A stretch of DNA of 60,324 nucleotides, counting the filler. It is 6 parts of 6 records of this genome, joined end to end, with 100 filler letters (N's around TTAATTAATTAA, not from the genome) between each part and the next. Parts side by side here need not be neighbours in the genome. Positions count along the whole stretch, not along the records: positions 35,772 to 43,113 come from SRR2962707_2067; positions 43,214 to 51,435 come from SRR2962707_2068; positions 51,536 to 60,324 come from SRR2962707_2069; 3 more parts are not named here. One strand, written 5' to 3'. A program made the position numbers and the translations under genes. The notes under the pieces were generated by a model that had not been told where the DNA came from, ran no database searches, and saw only the letters and a list, made by a program, of their open reading frames with translations. Below are positions 42,822 through 52,080 of the stretch, piece by piece. Position 1 is the first letter of the stretch; the number at the start of each line of letters is the position of its first letter.

Positions 42822-42857
42822 AAAAAGAGGCAGAACACAATGATTGTTCTGCCTCTT
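42822..42857 (-). terminator. Intrinsic terminator-like hairpin after dapD
   Basis: AAGAGGCAGAACA/TGTTCTGCCTCTT 13-bp inverted repeat with a T-run on the minus strand. Confidence 0.7.
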
Positions 42858-42887
42858 ATAAATCATACGTTCTTACGGTGACAGAAA

Positions 42888-43113
42888 TCAGTCACGCAGC
42901 AGTTCGTTGATCGAGGTTTTCGAGCGGGTTTTTTCATCAACACGTTTGATGATCACCGCGCAATACAGGCTTGGACCCGGCGTGCCATCAGGAAGCGGTT
43001 TTCCGGCAGTGCTGCCCGGAACCACAACTGAATAGGCCGGGACGCGACCGACATAGGTTTCGCCGGTGGTGCGGTCGATGATTTTGGTCGATGCGCCAAT
43101 GAAGACACCCATC
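42888..43113 (-). CDS. dapD: Tetrahydrodipicolinate N-succinyltransferase, C-terminal part (truncated)
   Basis: [14 protein letters not shown]...[12 protein letters not shown]...[27 protein letters not shown]. Confidence 0.95.
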
Positions 43114-43213
43114 NNNNNNNNNNNNNNNNNNNNNNNNNNNNNNNNNNNNNNNNNNNNTTAATTAATTAANNNNNNNNNNNNNNNNNNNNNNNNNNNNNNN
43201 NNNNNNNNNNNNN
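43114..43213. other. Artificial contig spacer
   Basis: 44 N + TTAATTAATTAA + 44 N. Confidence 0.98.
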
Positions 43214-43214
43214 T

Positions 43215-43577
43215 GTCCGCGAAGTCGAAGAAAAGAAAAAACTCCCGCCAAATCAGTTGAAAGACCGCGAAGCAGAACTCCTGCTTGGCGCTATTCCTGA
43301 CAATGCCTTTCTGATCGCCCTTGATGAGCGCGGCAAGGAATATGGCTCTATTGATTTTTCACAGAAGCTTGAAGGCTGGATGGATCAATATGCGGGCAAT
43401 ATCGCCTTTGCCATTGGCGGGGCGGACGGTCACGGCGCAGCCCTTAAATCACGCGCCAATACTCTTTGGTCGCTGGGCAAGGCCACCTGGCCGCATATGT
43501 TGGTCCGCGCCCTTATCGCCGAACAACTGTTCCGCGCACACGCCATTCAGACCAATCATCCCTATCACCGCGAGTAA
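43215..43577 (+). CDS. rlmH: 23S rRNA pseudouridine-1915 N3-methyltransferase (5' truncated)
   Basis: LDERGK, FAIGGADG, SLG..TWPH.LVR.LIAEQLFRA..I...HPYHR. Confidence 0.95.
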   Translation, partial: VREVEEKKKLPPNQLKDREAELLLGAIPDNAFLIALDERGKEYGSIDFSQKLEGWMDQYAGNIAFAIGGADGHGAALKSRANTLWSLGKATWPHMLVRALIAEQLFRAHAIQTNHPYHRE

Positions 43578-43803
43578 TCCCGGCATGTGACGACATCTGC
43601 GGTGTATATGGCGATCTTTCCTGGTCGTCACCATTGTTGTTTCCGTCATTAAGCCGCTTCAACTTGTGACCGAATGAACAAGCACCTTCTCTCGTCATTC
43701 GATTATGCTGCCTTGCAACATAACTAAAGCTTGGCTAGAGTTTCACCATAAGAAAAAAACATTCCCAGAAAAATACCCTTGGGCAGTGGTGAGGCTTTTG
43801 ACG

Positions 43804-45564
43804 ATGGAACAAACCGTTTTCGCGGTACGCGACGTAACGTATGACAATGCCAAAACATCTGCACAGGTCGACGACCTGATGCGGGGCATTACAACCGCAC
43901 TTGATTATATCGAGCATCTTTTAAAATTCGCCAATACGGCAGGCGAAAGCCAAGACAGCCTGATGCGCGAGATCGATGTTCGATCCAGCAATCTGCGCAC
44001 TGGCATTGAACAAACCGGTCGCGAAATCGATGAAAGCACCGTCACCGCAAGTGATGTGCAAAACGCCACGCGCGCGACGGTATCGGCAAAAACAAACGCC
44101 ATTCGCAGTGATCTTGAAAAGATCAGTCAGGATCTTGAAACCAAGGCAGAAGGGGCGTCTAAAGTCCTTAAAGCCATTGAAGATATCGGCAAGGGGATCA
44201 AGCTTCTTGCGCTTAATGCAACGATTGAAGCAGCCCGTGCCGGTGAACATGGACGTGGCTTTGCCGTGGTCGCCAAGGAAGTCGGCAACCTTGCGCAAAG
44301 CACCATGCAACGCACCAACGAGGCCGTCGATCTGATCGATCTTTCAGACGTGACAAAATCCCTGCGTGAAAGCATGGGCAATATCGGCAATGATCTTGAC
44401 AGTCTGGGCAGTGAAATCGAAGAGGCTCTTGGCGGCCTTAAAGACCGCTTTTCACAAATGTCGGGACGACTGGAACATATCAGCGGCCACAATCAGGTCG
44501 TTTTCGAACTGCTGGATGCCAGTAAGGAATCATCGGCCAGAACCCGCGGCAAGGTTTCCTGGGCAGAAAGCGAAATCACCAAACTTTCGCGCTGCACCAT
44601 GGATGGCGCAACCGTAACCGGTAAACTTTCGCAATTTCTGGCATCCAACCACATTCATGAAGACCCCGCCTATGACAGACTGGCCGATATCAAGGCGCGC
44701 GGCAAAATCCGGATTGCAATTGATCCGGCATTGGTTGGCGCATCTTTCCGGCCCCAAAAACACGGGCCCCTTCACGGGATCGATATCGACTATGCCGAGG
44801 CCTTTGCAAAATCCATCGGTGTTACCTGCGAGTTTGTTGAACATCCATGGGATTTGCTGACCGAACTTTTATTTGTCGGCAAAAAGGAAGGCCAACCAAC
44901 CGCCGACGTTGTCTGGTGCGCCTTGCCGCCAAGTGATTTCTACAAAGGTGTCGCCTTTTCAGACACCTACACCTATCTGAATTTTTCACTGATCCGCCGC
45001 CCGGACAACACATCGATCAACACCATTGCCGATCTTGAGGGCAAAGTATTGGGTACGGTCAATGATCCGGCTGCCCTTGCCGTTCTCGAAGATGTTGGCC
45101 TGCGCTGGGCCGATAATGAAAACAAGCCGGGCGGCATCGCAAAACTGTCAAACATGATTGCCTATGGCGACATTTCGCGTGTCCATGACGCAGTTGCCAA
45201 CGGGGCGATTGATGCCTTTGCCGGTGATCATCCGGTCTTTCACTGGGCGTCACAAAACCCGCAAAGCCCGTGGCACAAACGCCTTGAAGTCCTGCCCAAA
45301 CCGATCCTGCCCCATCCATTCTTCTATGTTGCTGCGGTTGCTGCGGACCCGGCATCTTATAACCTGTTGACCGAAATTAACGCCTTCATCGCCCAGTTCC
45401 GGACAACCCCAAAACGGGCCGAGATTGAAAAACTGTGGCAAGGTCAGGCCATCGAAAATCACCTGACGTACAAGGACGAGGCAGGAAACCTGATCGGTGC
45501 GGATGAGCTCGCCAGCAGCTATCACGCCCATTGCCGGAAATACGGGCTGGATCCTGCGATCTGA
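43804..45564 (+). CDS. Soluble methyl-accepting chemotaxis protein with C-terminal family-3 solute-binding domain
   Basis: [27 protein letters not shown] hairpin tip (about 44200-44283); no TM segment. From about 44660: [13 protein letters not shown]...GIDIDYA...FSDTY...IADLEGK. Confidence 0.88.
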   Translation: MEQTVFAVRDVTYDNAKTSAQVDDLMRGITTALDYIEHLLKFANTAGESQDSLMREIDVRSSNLRTGIEQTGREIDESTVTASDVQNATRATVSAKTNAIRSDLEKISQDLETKAEGASKVLKAIEDIGKGIKLLALNATIEAARAGEHGRGFAVVAKEVGNLAQSTMQRTNEAVDLIDLSDVTKSLRESMGNIGNDLDSLGSEIEEALGGLKDRFSQMSGRLEHISGHNQVVFELLDASKESSARTRGKVSWAESEITKLSRCTMDGATVTGKLSQFLASNHIHEDPAYDRLADIKARGKIRIAIDPALVGASFRPQKHGPLHGIDIDYAEAFAKSIGVTCEFVEHPWDLLTELLFVGKKEGQPTADVVWCALPPSDFYKGVAFSDTYTYLNFSLIRRPDNTSINTIADLEGKVLGTVNDPAALAVLEDVGLRWADNENKPGGIAKLSNMIAYGDISRVHDAVANGAIDAFAGDHPVFHWASQNPQSPWHKRLEVLPKPILPHPFFYVAAVAADPASYNLLTEINAFIAQFRTTPKRAEIEKLWQGQAIENHLTYKDEAGNLIGADELASSYHAHCRKYGLDPAI

Positions 45565-45614
45565 GAGCACATAAACGGCTGGCGTGATGATGCCCTCGGC
45601 AGTATCATCACGCC

Positions 45615-46388
45615 ATGGCAGCAAACAAAAAATCCCTGCGACAACAACGCATTCTAAGTGAATTGGAACACGAACCGTCTTTACGGGTCGCGGATCTGTC
45701 TGGCCGTCTGAACGTGTCGAGCGAAACCATTCGCCGTGACTTTGACGACCTGACAGAACAGGGATTGATCAACCGTACCTATGGCGGGGCAGTCCGCCGC
45801 CAATCAAGCGAACCGGGCCTGAATGAACGCCATAAGCTCCATATTGCCGAACGCGAAATCATCGCCAAACAATCGGTCCCGATTCTGGCCGGTGCGCGCC
45901 ATATCATGATTGGGTCGGGTGCGACCACGGTTCATGTCGCCAAACGGCTTGCCATTGCCATGAATGATCTGACCGTGATTACCCATTCGTTTGGCGTAGC
46001 AACCGTTCTTGCGATTAATCCGACCATCCGCGTGATCATGGCTCCGGGCCTGTATCACGCACAGGAAGGTGCGATGCACGGCGCACAGACCATTCGTTTT
46101 TTGGAAAACTACCGCGTTGAATGGGCCATCCTTGGCGCCAGCGGCCTTGATGACGATGGCGCAAGTGATGCCTTGATCGAGGCAGCAGACGTCTATTCCG
46201 TCATGATGGAACGGGCAACCCGCGGCATGATCGTTGCCGATCACACAAAATTCAATCAGGCCTTCCCAGCCCGATATTGTGACTGGAATGCTGTTGATGT
46301 GCTGGTCTGCGATGAAAATCCGATGGGGTCGCTGGGGGCAACCATCCGGGATGCCGGATGCACGATCAAGGCCGCAAGCAAACCTTGA
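45615..46388 (+). CDS. DeoR/GlpR family transcriptional regulator
   Basis: RQQRIL...VSSETIRRD...RTYGGA; IGSGATT; VADHTKF. Confidence 0.95.
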   Translation: MAANKKSLRQQRILSELEHEPSLRVADLSGRLNVSSETIRRDFDDLTEQGLINRTYGGAVRRQSSEPGLNERHKLHIAEREIIAKQSVPILAGARHIMIGSGATTVHVAKRLAIAMNDLTVITHSFGVATVLAINPTIRVIMAPGLYHAQEGAMHGAQTIRFLENYRVEWAILGASGLDDDGASDALIEAADVYSVMMERATRGMIVADHTKFNQAFPARYCDWNAVDVLVCDENPMGSLGATIRDAGCTIKAASKP

Positions 46389-46400
46389 TTACCTTGGTGC

Positions 46401-47765
46401 CTACCCGCATTCCCGCAACGATTTCCCCAATGCTTCGATAAAGAAATCAACTTCGGACTGCCTCAGGCACAATGGCGGGCGGATTTTTAACGTCTGACCA
46501 TATTTCCCCGCCGCACCAATCAAAACGCGATGTCGACGCATGGCATTGATCACATCCCCGACCAACTGCCCGCTTGCGTCTTCCGGTGCCCCATTCGGAG
46601 ACAAATCCACGCCAAGAAACAGCCCCGCACCGCGAATATCGCTGATACGTCCGTCAATATCGGCCAGATGCTGCAATCCTTCGCGCAGGTATTTCCCGCA
46701 AATCATCGCATTCGCCAAAAGGTTCTCGTCGCGAATAACATCCAGCACGGCAAGTCCGGTTGCCGCTGCCAACGGGCTTGCGGCAAAGGTGTTGAAATAG
46801 CCGACATCTTCGCAAAATGCCGCCAGTAGTTCCGGGCGCACGGCGATCCCCGCCATGGGGAATCCATTGCCCATCGGCTTCCCCATGCTGACAATATCAG
46901 GCGTCACATCATGGCGAAGGAATCCCCAAAACGCATCCCCGGTCCGGCCAAAGCCTGGCTGCACTTCATCGGCGATAAAAAGGCCCCCGGCACGATGAAC
47001 CACCGCAACCGCCAAGCGCAAAAAACCGCGCGGGTTGGAAAACACGCCATCACTGGAAAAGATACTATCAACGATCAGGGCCGCAATCCCGTGACCGCGA
47101 TCTGAAAGAACTGCAATCGCCTTAACAATTGCATCGGCAAAACCCCCGGCGACATCATCGCCGTAAGCCAGTTTACTAGGTGCAGGCACGCACACCACAT
47201 GGTCGGGCAATTCACCACGCTTGAAGGCAGACGGCGAAATATCTGTCACCGTCGCAGTATTGCCGTGATAGGCGCATTCGGTCACGATAATGCCCCGCGC
47301 CCCTGTTCCACGCTGGGCAATCCGCAGGGCAAGATCGTTTGCTTCGCTCCCGCTGCAGGTCAGAACAACATTTTCCAAATGATCGGGGAAAGTTGCCTTT
47401 AGCCGATCAAGATAGGTTTCCGTGGTCTGATGCAGATACCGGCTGTTGATGTTAAGCCGTGCGGCCTGCTCGGCCATGGCAGAAACCACCTTTGGGTGGC
47501 AATGCCCGACGGATGGCACATTGTTATAAAAGTCCAGATAGTTGGTGCCATCAGATGCCATCATCCAGCATCCGGAAGCCGAAACCATTTCAATCGGATC
47601 ACGGTAAAATAAAACCGATGCCGCCCCGACATTCCGGGTGCGACGCATAAGAAGATCATTGCCCTGATTTGCTTTGGCGGACACCTGACCATCATAGGCA
47701 TTCATATCAAGGATGGGGCGCACGGTGGCCGTAGGTATGGTCGGTGGGGTGGCCGTTTTGCGCAT
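46401..47765 (-). CDS. Class III PLP enzyme, probable amino-alcohol O-phosphate phospho-lyase (AGXT2L/ETNPPL-like)
   Basis: YLDFYNNV..VGHCHP, SGSEANDLALR, AYHG, ADEVQPGFGRTG, MGKPMGNG. TGATG-coupled to the upstream kinase. Confidence 0.8.
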   Translation of the reverse strand: MRKTATPPTIPTATVRPILDMNAYDGQVSAKANQGNDLLMRRTRNVGAASVLFYRDPIEMVSASGCWMMASDGTNYLDFYNNVPSVGHCHPKVVSAMAEQAARLNINSRYLHQTTETYLDRLKATFPDHLENVVLTCSGSEANDLALRIAQRGTGARGIIVTECAYHGNTATVTDISPSAFKRGELPDHVVCVPAPSKLAYGDDVAGGFADAIVKAIAVLSDRGHGIAALIVDSIFSSDGVFSNPRGFLRLAVAVVHRAGGLFIADEVQPGFGRTGDAFWGFLRHDVTPDIVSMGKPMGNGFPMAGIAVRPELLAAFCEDVGYFNTFAASPLAAATGLAVLDVIRDENLLANAMICGKYLREGLQHLADIDGRISDIRGAGLFLGVDLSPNGAPEDASGQLVGDVINAMRRHRVLIGAAGKYGQTLKIRPPLCLRQSEVDFFIEALGKSLRECG

Positions 47766-48763
47766 CACACACCTTCAGCCGAAAGGAAGCTTTCTGCCAT
47801 CTGCAGCGTTCCGGTCGTAAAGCCGGTCCCCATTTCCTGTGCCGTCGGTGTTTCCGGATGGCTGGCGATCCAGGCGGTTAACAACAACCGGCGCAGCATG
47901 ACGAAGCTATCAAGCATCGCCGTGTCTGCCGATAGAAATGGTGCTTCGGTGCGATACCCTTCTACCCATGCTTCTTTTAAGGCCGGAATAATAGGATCAA
48001 GTTCGATAAAGCTGATGGCTGCGGCAAAGTCATAGCCAAACCAGCCAAAGCCACAATCATCAAAATCAATCACACCCAACCGGTTTCCATCGACCAACAA
48101 ATTGGCCAATCGTAAATCCGCATGGATCAAGCCAAACCGGTCCTTATCCATCCCGAATGCCATAAGCTTATGCTCAAGGTGATGACAAACCCGTTCCAAC
48201 AAGGCTGTGCTGGCACCATCCAAACCCGGTGCCGCCCGCCAGTCTCCCCAATGGGGTGTCGCGCCAAGGGTCGTGTCAAAGGTCCAGCTTTTGCGGACAA
48301 AGTTAACTGATCGTGCCCATTGCCGCGCATGACCATGAAGTCGCGCACTGATCGCGCCCAGCTTAAAGAACCCGTCAACCAGCGCGTCCCCCGCCGATGG
48401 CTCCACGCCTGCCATAAAGTCAAATGCAACGACATGGCGACTGACCCCGTCCTGATCAAACTCGGCCACCAAACTTCCGTCGCTGCGCAAACGGGGTTTT
48501 GGGGTGTGGACAATCTCGCTGGCACGAAGGGCGTTAATCCATGCCAGTTCGGATTCAATTTCAGCCCGCGTGTGATAGCCCGGACGATGCACCCGCAAGA
48601 TCAGCTTCCCACCGGTCGCGGGATCGGTTGCAAGAAAAGTCGCATTTTCCGAGACGGTCAGAAGCGACACATCGGCATCCTTCCCCATGCCCCATCCCGG
48701 CAAAACCGACATGGCACCGGTCTTTAGGACACCAATCATGTTGTCATCGTAAATGCCACCCAA
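47765..48763 (-). CDS. APH/choline-kinase-like phosphotransferase, probable aminopropanol kinase
   Basis: SENATF, LRVHRPGYH, GLIHADLRLANLLV, IDFDDCGFGW. AAGGAG RBS 7 nt before TTG 48763. Confidence 0.82.
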   Translation of the reverse strand: MGGIYDDNMIGVLKTGAMSVLPGWGMGKDADVSLLTVSENATFLATDPATGGKLILRVHRPGYHTRAEIESELAWINALRASEIVHTPKPRLRSDGSLVAEFDQDGVSRHVVAFDFMAGVEPSAGDALVDGFFKLGAISARLHGHARQWARSVNFVRKSWTFDTTLGATPHWGDWRAAPGLDGASTALLERVCHHLEHKLMAFGMDKDRFGLIHADLRLANLLVDGNRLGVIDFDDCGFGWFGYDFAAAISFIELDPIIPALKEAWVEGYRTEAPFLSADTAMLDSFVMLRRLLLTAWIASHPETPTAQEMGTGFTTGTLQMAESFLSAEGV

Positions 48764-48928
48764 CAGTGATCTCCTTTGGCCCGATACCAGCATCATCCAG
48801 GCAACGCTTCACCAAACCCGAACAAGGCGGGAAACAACAGTTGCGCCGGTTTCAATTCATTCAATTCCCGCCGAACTCTGTGGTTCAGCGCGTTATCTTG
48901 TGAATATTGCGCCTTAAAATATGTAACT

Positions 48929-48947
48929 TGCAACATTTTTTGTTGCA
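48929..48947. promoter_or_regulatory. Putative operator TGCAACA-N5-TGTTGCA in the divergent kinase/SDR promoter region
   Basis: Perfect 7-bp inverted repeat in an AT-rich intergenic region. Confidence 0.55.
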
Positions 48948-49071
48948 TCACGGCAAAAATGACCCAATCATCGGGAAAACATAACGCACTGCATAATCAG
49001 GAAGACCGCCAACAAGTTGAACCGCATCAATGCCGTTCCTGTTGCTGGATGGTTTCACGAAAGGATCGACC

Positions 49072-49851
49072 ATGCTGACTTCAATTTCCGGGAAAAGTGT
49101 CATCGTCACAGGTGGCTCAAAGGGTATTGGCAAAGGTATCGCCAGTGTCTTCGCCAGCAAGGGGGCGAAAGTCATGGTAGCCGCCCGCACGGAACCGGAT
49201 GCTGCGGCTACGGTCGAAGAAATCCGCGCCAACGGCGGTACGGCCGATATGGTTCTGTGCGATGTGTCTGATTGGGATCAGGTTAAAGCCATGGCGGAAT
49301 ACACCGCCAAAACATTTGGCGGCATCGATATCCTGTGCGCCAATGCCGGTATCTTCCCACAGGTCAAAATGGTCGACATGGCGGCAGATGACTGGGACCA
49401 GGTCATGTCAACCAACCTTAAAAGCAGCTTTTTGTGCGTAAAGGCCTGCATTCCGTATTTTGAAAAATCGGGCAAAGGCCGGGTTGTCATCACGTCATCC
49501 ATCACCGGCCCGGTCACCGGTTATCCGGGATGGGCCCATTATGGGGCGTCCAAGGCAGGCCAGCTTGGCTTTATCCGCACAGCGGCTATGGAACTCGCGC
49601 GCTATAACACAACGATTAATGCCGTCATGCCGGGCAATATCATGACCGAAGGTCTGGCTGATCTGGGACAGAGTTATCTGAAGTCAATGGCAAGCTCGAT
49701 CCCGCTTAAACGATTGGGCAGCGTCGAAGACATCGCCAATGCGGCCCTGTTCTTTGCATCCGATGAAGCCGCCTATATCACCGGTCAGTCAATCGTTGTT
49801 GATGGCGGTCAGATCTTGCCAGAATCACTTGATGCGATTGGGGAGATTTAA
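49072..49851 (+). CDS. SDR oxidoreductase, 1-amino-2-propanol dehydrogenase/aminoacetone reductase-like
   Basis: TGGSKGIG, CANAGIFP, TSSITGPVTGYPGWAHYGASKAGQLGF.RTAAMELA, PGNIMTEG, DGGQILPES. Confidence 0.82.
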   Translation: MLTSISGKSVIVTGGSKGIGKGIASVFASKGAKVMVAARTEPDAAATVEEIRANGGTADMVLCDVSDWDQVKAMAEYTAKTFGGIDILCANAGIFPQVKMVDMAADDWDQVMSTNLKSSFLCVKACIPYFEKSGKGRVVITSSITGPVTGYPGWAHYGASKAGQLGFIRTAAMELARYNTTINAVMPGNIMTEGLADLGQSYLKSMASSIPLKRLGSVEDIANAALFFASDEAAYITGQSIVVDGGQILPESLDAIGEI

Positions 49852-49948
49852 CACGTTAAACGTGTTCAGATTGGAAATGATCAATTAAAATTTGCACGAC
49901 TCATCCCCTTTGGATACAGATAGATACAGTGTCCAAAAGGGGAATTTA

Positions 49949-50608
49949 ATGAGATACAATTGTCTTAAGTTTATCGCGATTTTCGGCTGTGCAGCTTTGC
50001 TTAGCGCCTGTGCTGTTTCAAGAAGTGTTGTTCATATTGAACAGAGCGAGACAATAGAAAACCCGGCAGAAGGCCCAGAGGTGCGGATCGTCGAAGTTAA
50101 CGACAATCGTCAATTCGAAATTGATCCGCGAAGCCCTGATATCCCGTCACTTGCGAACGACGAAATTGATGATGCTTCAGTTACTGAGCGCGCTTATGGC
50201 CGCAAGCGAAACACCTATGGCATGGCCCTGGGTGACGTCTTGACCCCAGAAGGCAAAACCGTTTCGGACGCTATCGCGAAAACTGTCGAAAACGGCTTCC
50301 AAGCCGCCGGTTATCGTGTCTTAACGCCTGAAGACAACAATTACGCCAATGCAAAGGATGTCAATGTCGATGTCACCGAATTCTGGTCCTGGCTGGAACC
50401 GGGATGGGAAATAACTGTTCATAATCGCAGTGACATAACCCTGACAGCTGACCGCGCTTTATTCACAGACCCAATCAGAATTAAAGCAGAGTCTTCCCAA
50501 CCCATGCAGATGGTTCTGGACAGTGACTGGCAAGCCAGTGCGATCAAAGCCCTGCAAGAAGTTCGCAAAAAAATCACAGATGCGCTTCTTGCTTTGCCCA
50601 AGCCTTAA
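49949..50608 (+). CDS. Lipoprotein (YajG-like)
   Basis: Lipobox LSAC after a hydrophobic leader; V.D.R, GRKRNTYGMALG. Confidence 0.7.
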   Translation: MRYNCLKFIAIFGCAALLSACAVSRSVVHIEQSETIENPAEGPEVRIVEVNDNRQFEIDPRSPDIPSLANDEIDDASVTERAYGRKRNTYGMALGDVLTPEGKTVSDAIAKTVENGFQAAGYRVLTPEDNNYANAKDVNVDVTEFWSWLEPGWEITVHNRSDITLTADRALFTDPIRIKAESSQPMQMVLDSDWQASAIKALQEVRKKITDALLALPKP

Positions 50609-50626
50609 CCTTGCTCTGAAAAATAG

Positions 50627-50653
50627 AAAACCGCGCTGAACCAGCGCGGTTTT
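50627..50653. terminator. Bidirectional intrinsic terminator
   Basis: AAAACCGCGCTG-AAC-CAGCGCGGTTTT between convergent genes. Confidence 0.85.
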
Positions 50654-50655
50654 TA

Positions 50656-51192
50656 TTATTCGTGCAGTCCGTACTGGCTGCGAACGACCCCGGAGTTATA
50701 CCGTTCGGAGGCCAGTAATCTGGGTTTTATCCCACCGGCATCGCGCCCAAACAGGGATATCCCATCGCCCAGAACTTCGGGGATTGTGAAAATATCAAGT
50801 TGATCGGCAAAGCCACCAAACAGGAACTGCGTCACCACACTCCCGCCGCCAACAACCCAGATATCACCATTGCCATTTCGGCTATCGCGCAACTGATCAA
50901 CCAGTTCGATGATACTACCGCCATAGGACTCGGTATTGGCCGGTCGATTTTCTGGAAGTTCGCGTGATGTCAAAACGATCGTGCGGCGGGCCTCATAGGG
51001 CCAGTCGCCAAATTCCATGACCTGATCAAAGGTATTCCTGCCAATGATCAATGTCCCGACGGAGTCCAGAAAATCCTCAAAGCCAAACTCGGCCGGATCA
51101 TATTCATCCAACCAGTCCACCGCGCCATTGGCGCGCGCAATGAAGCCATCCAAACTGACCGCGATATAAATGCGAAACAGCTTTTTGCTCAT
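50656..51192 (-). CDS. Dihydrofolate reductase-like / RibD C-terminal family protein
   Basis: YIAVSLDGFIA, IGRNTF, DIWVVGGG, P.VLGDGI.LF. Confidence 0.88.
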   Translation of the reverse strand: MSKKLFRIYIAVSLDGFIARANGAVDWLDEYDPAEFGFEDFLDSVGTLIIGRNTFDQVMEFGDWPYEARRTIVLTSRELPENRPANTESYGGSIIELVDQLRDSRNGNGDIWVVGGGSVVTQFLFGGFADQLDIFTIPEVLGDGISLFGRDAGGIKPRLLASERYNSGVVRSQYGLHE

Positions 51193-51435
51193 ATCTATGT
51201 CCAACCTTGGGTGGGGTCTTTGCCCCATTTTTGCGCGATTAAGTATAACAGATTGCCATACACGCGTGACAATAAACCAAACACCCGGCCAGACGACCCC
51301 GTTGCAAAAACGCTAAATTTCCCGGTTTTCCGCCCTATTCTTACGAGGTGGGTCTAACACTCCACCACGTTGACATTGACGGCAAGACCACCCTGACTGG
51401 TTTCTTTGTACTTACTTTGCATGTCGAGTCCCGTC

Positions 51436-51535
51436 NNNNNNNNNNNNNNNNNNNNNNNNNNNNNNNNNNNNNNNNNNNNTTAATTAATTAANNNNNNNNN
51501 NNNNNNNNNNNNNNNNNNNNNNNNNNNNNNNNNNN
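51436..51535. other. Artificial contig spacer
   Basis: 44 N + TTAATTAATTAA + 44 N. Confidence 0.98.
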
Positions 51536-51595
51536 TCTGTTGGTGAAAACACACAACAGTGGCGCAGGACGGAGGAACACCTACAAGGGCTGGAT

Positions 51596-52066
51596 TTATT
51601 CCTCCGATAAATCTACTTTTATAATCTCCCATTTACAGTTTTTTAGAACTAAATCATAGTGCCCAACAATACCCTCATCTATGTATTCATATTCTACATA
51701 AGCTATCTTTTCATCTCTTTTCACTTCCCTAAACTTTAATAGATTATTAGCTCCTGTATTCGATAAAGAGTTAAATGTTAAGCTATCTGTAATTACAAAT
51801 TTCAAACCCCCAACCACATTACCTCCATCTAAGACAAAATCATTCTCTAGCACAATTATTTGATTTTTACTATCGTCATCTACTAGTTGTCTTAATTCCG
51901 TCGAGTTAATCACAGCAAAAATCAATTGTCGCTCAATTTCAATTTCATCACATTGGTGCTCTTCATTTTCATCTGATGATGATGTTTTAACACAACCCTG
52001 AATGATTGACAAAAAGAGTAACAGATTTATCATTATTGTATTCCTTCCACTAAGTATTTGATTCAT
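51596..52066 (-). CDS. Lipoprotein, putative immunity protein for the Rhs toxin
   Basis: Small, acidic, AT-rich ORF starting 14 nt after the Rhs stop; hydrophobic leader with IQGC lipobox. Confidence 0.65.
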   Translation of the reverse strand: MNQILSGRNTIMINLLLFLSIIQGCVKTSSSDENEEHQCDEIEIERQLIFAVINSTELRQLVDDDSKNQIIVLENDFVLDGGNVVGGLKFVITDSLTFNSLSNTGANNLLKFREVKRDEKIAYVEYEYIDEGIVGHYDLVLKNCKWEIIKVDLSEE

Positions 52067-52080
52067 ATCAAAAAATCTTC

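Noticed and set aside
43725-43751. Sigma-28 promoter upstream of the chemoreceptor (TAAA-N15-CACCATAA)
   Set aside because: Only 5/8 match to the -10 consensus; too weak to call.
46401-48763. GABA aminotransferase plus aminoglycoside-resistance kinase
   Set aside because: A coupled AT-III + APH-fold pair is the typical amino-alcohol kinase/phospho-lyase arrangement; nothing indicates resistance.
49072-49851. fabG (3-oxoacyl-ACP reductase)
   Set aside because: No fatty-acid synthesis neighbours; the GPVTGYPGWAHYG motif and kinase/lyase context fit the aminopropanol dehydrogenase group better.
51193-51435. Possible structured leader or ncRNA at the end of contig 5
   Set aside because: No recognisable family motif, and the downstream gene is missing.
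9528-51535. Recurring TTAATTAATTAA as a biological repeat or CRISPR
   Set aside because: Always centred in exactly 44+44 N; it is a synthetic six-frame stop linker. No repeat-spacer array or cas gene is seen anywhere in the window.
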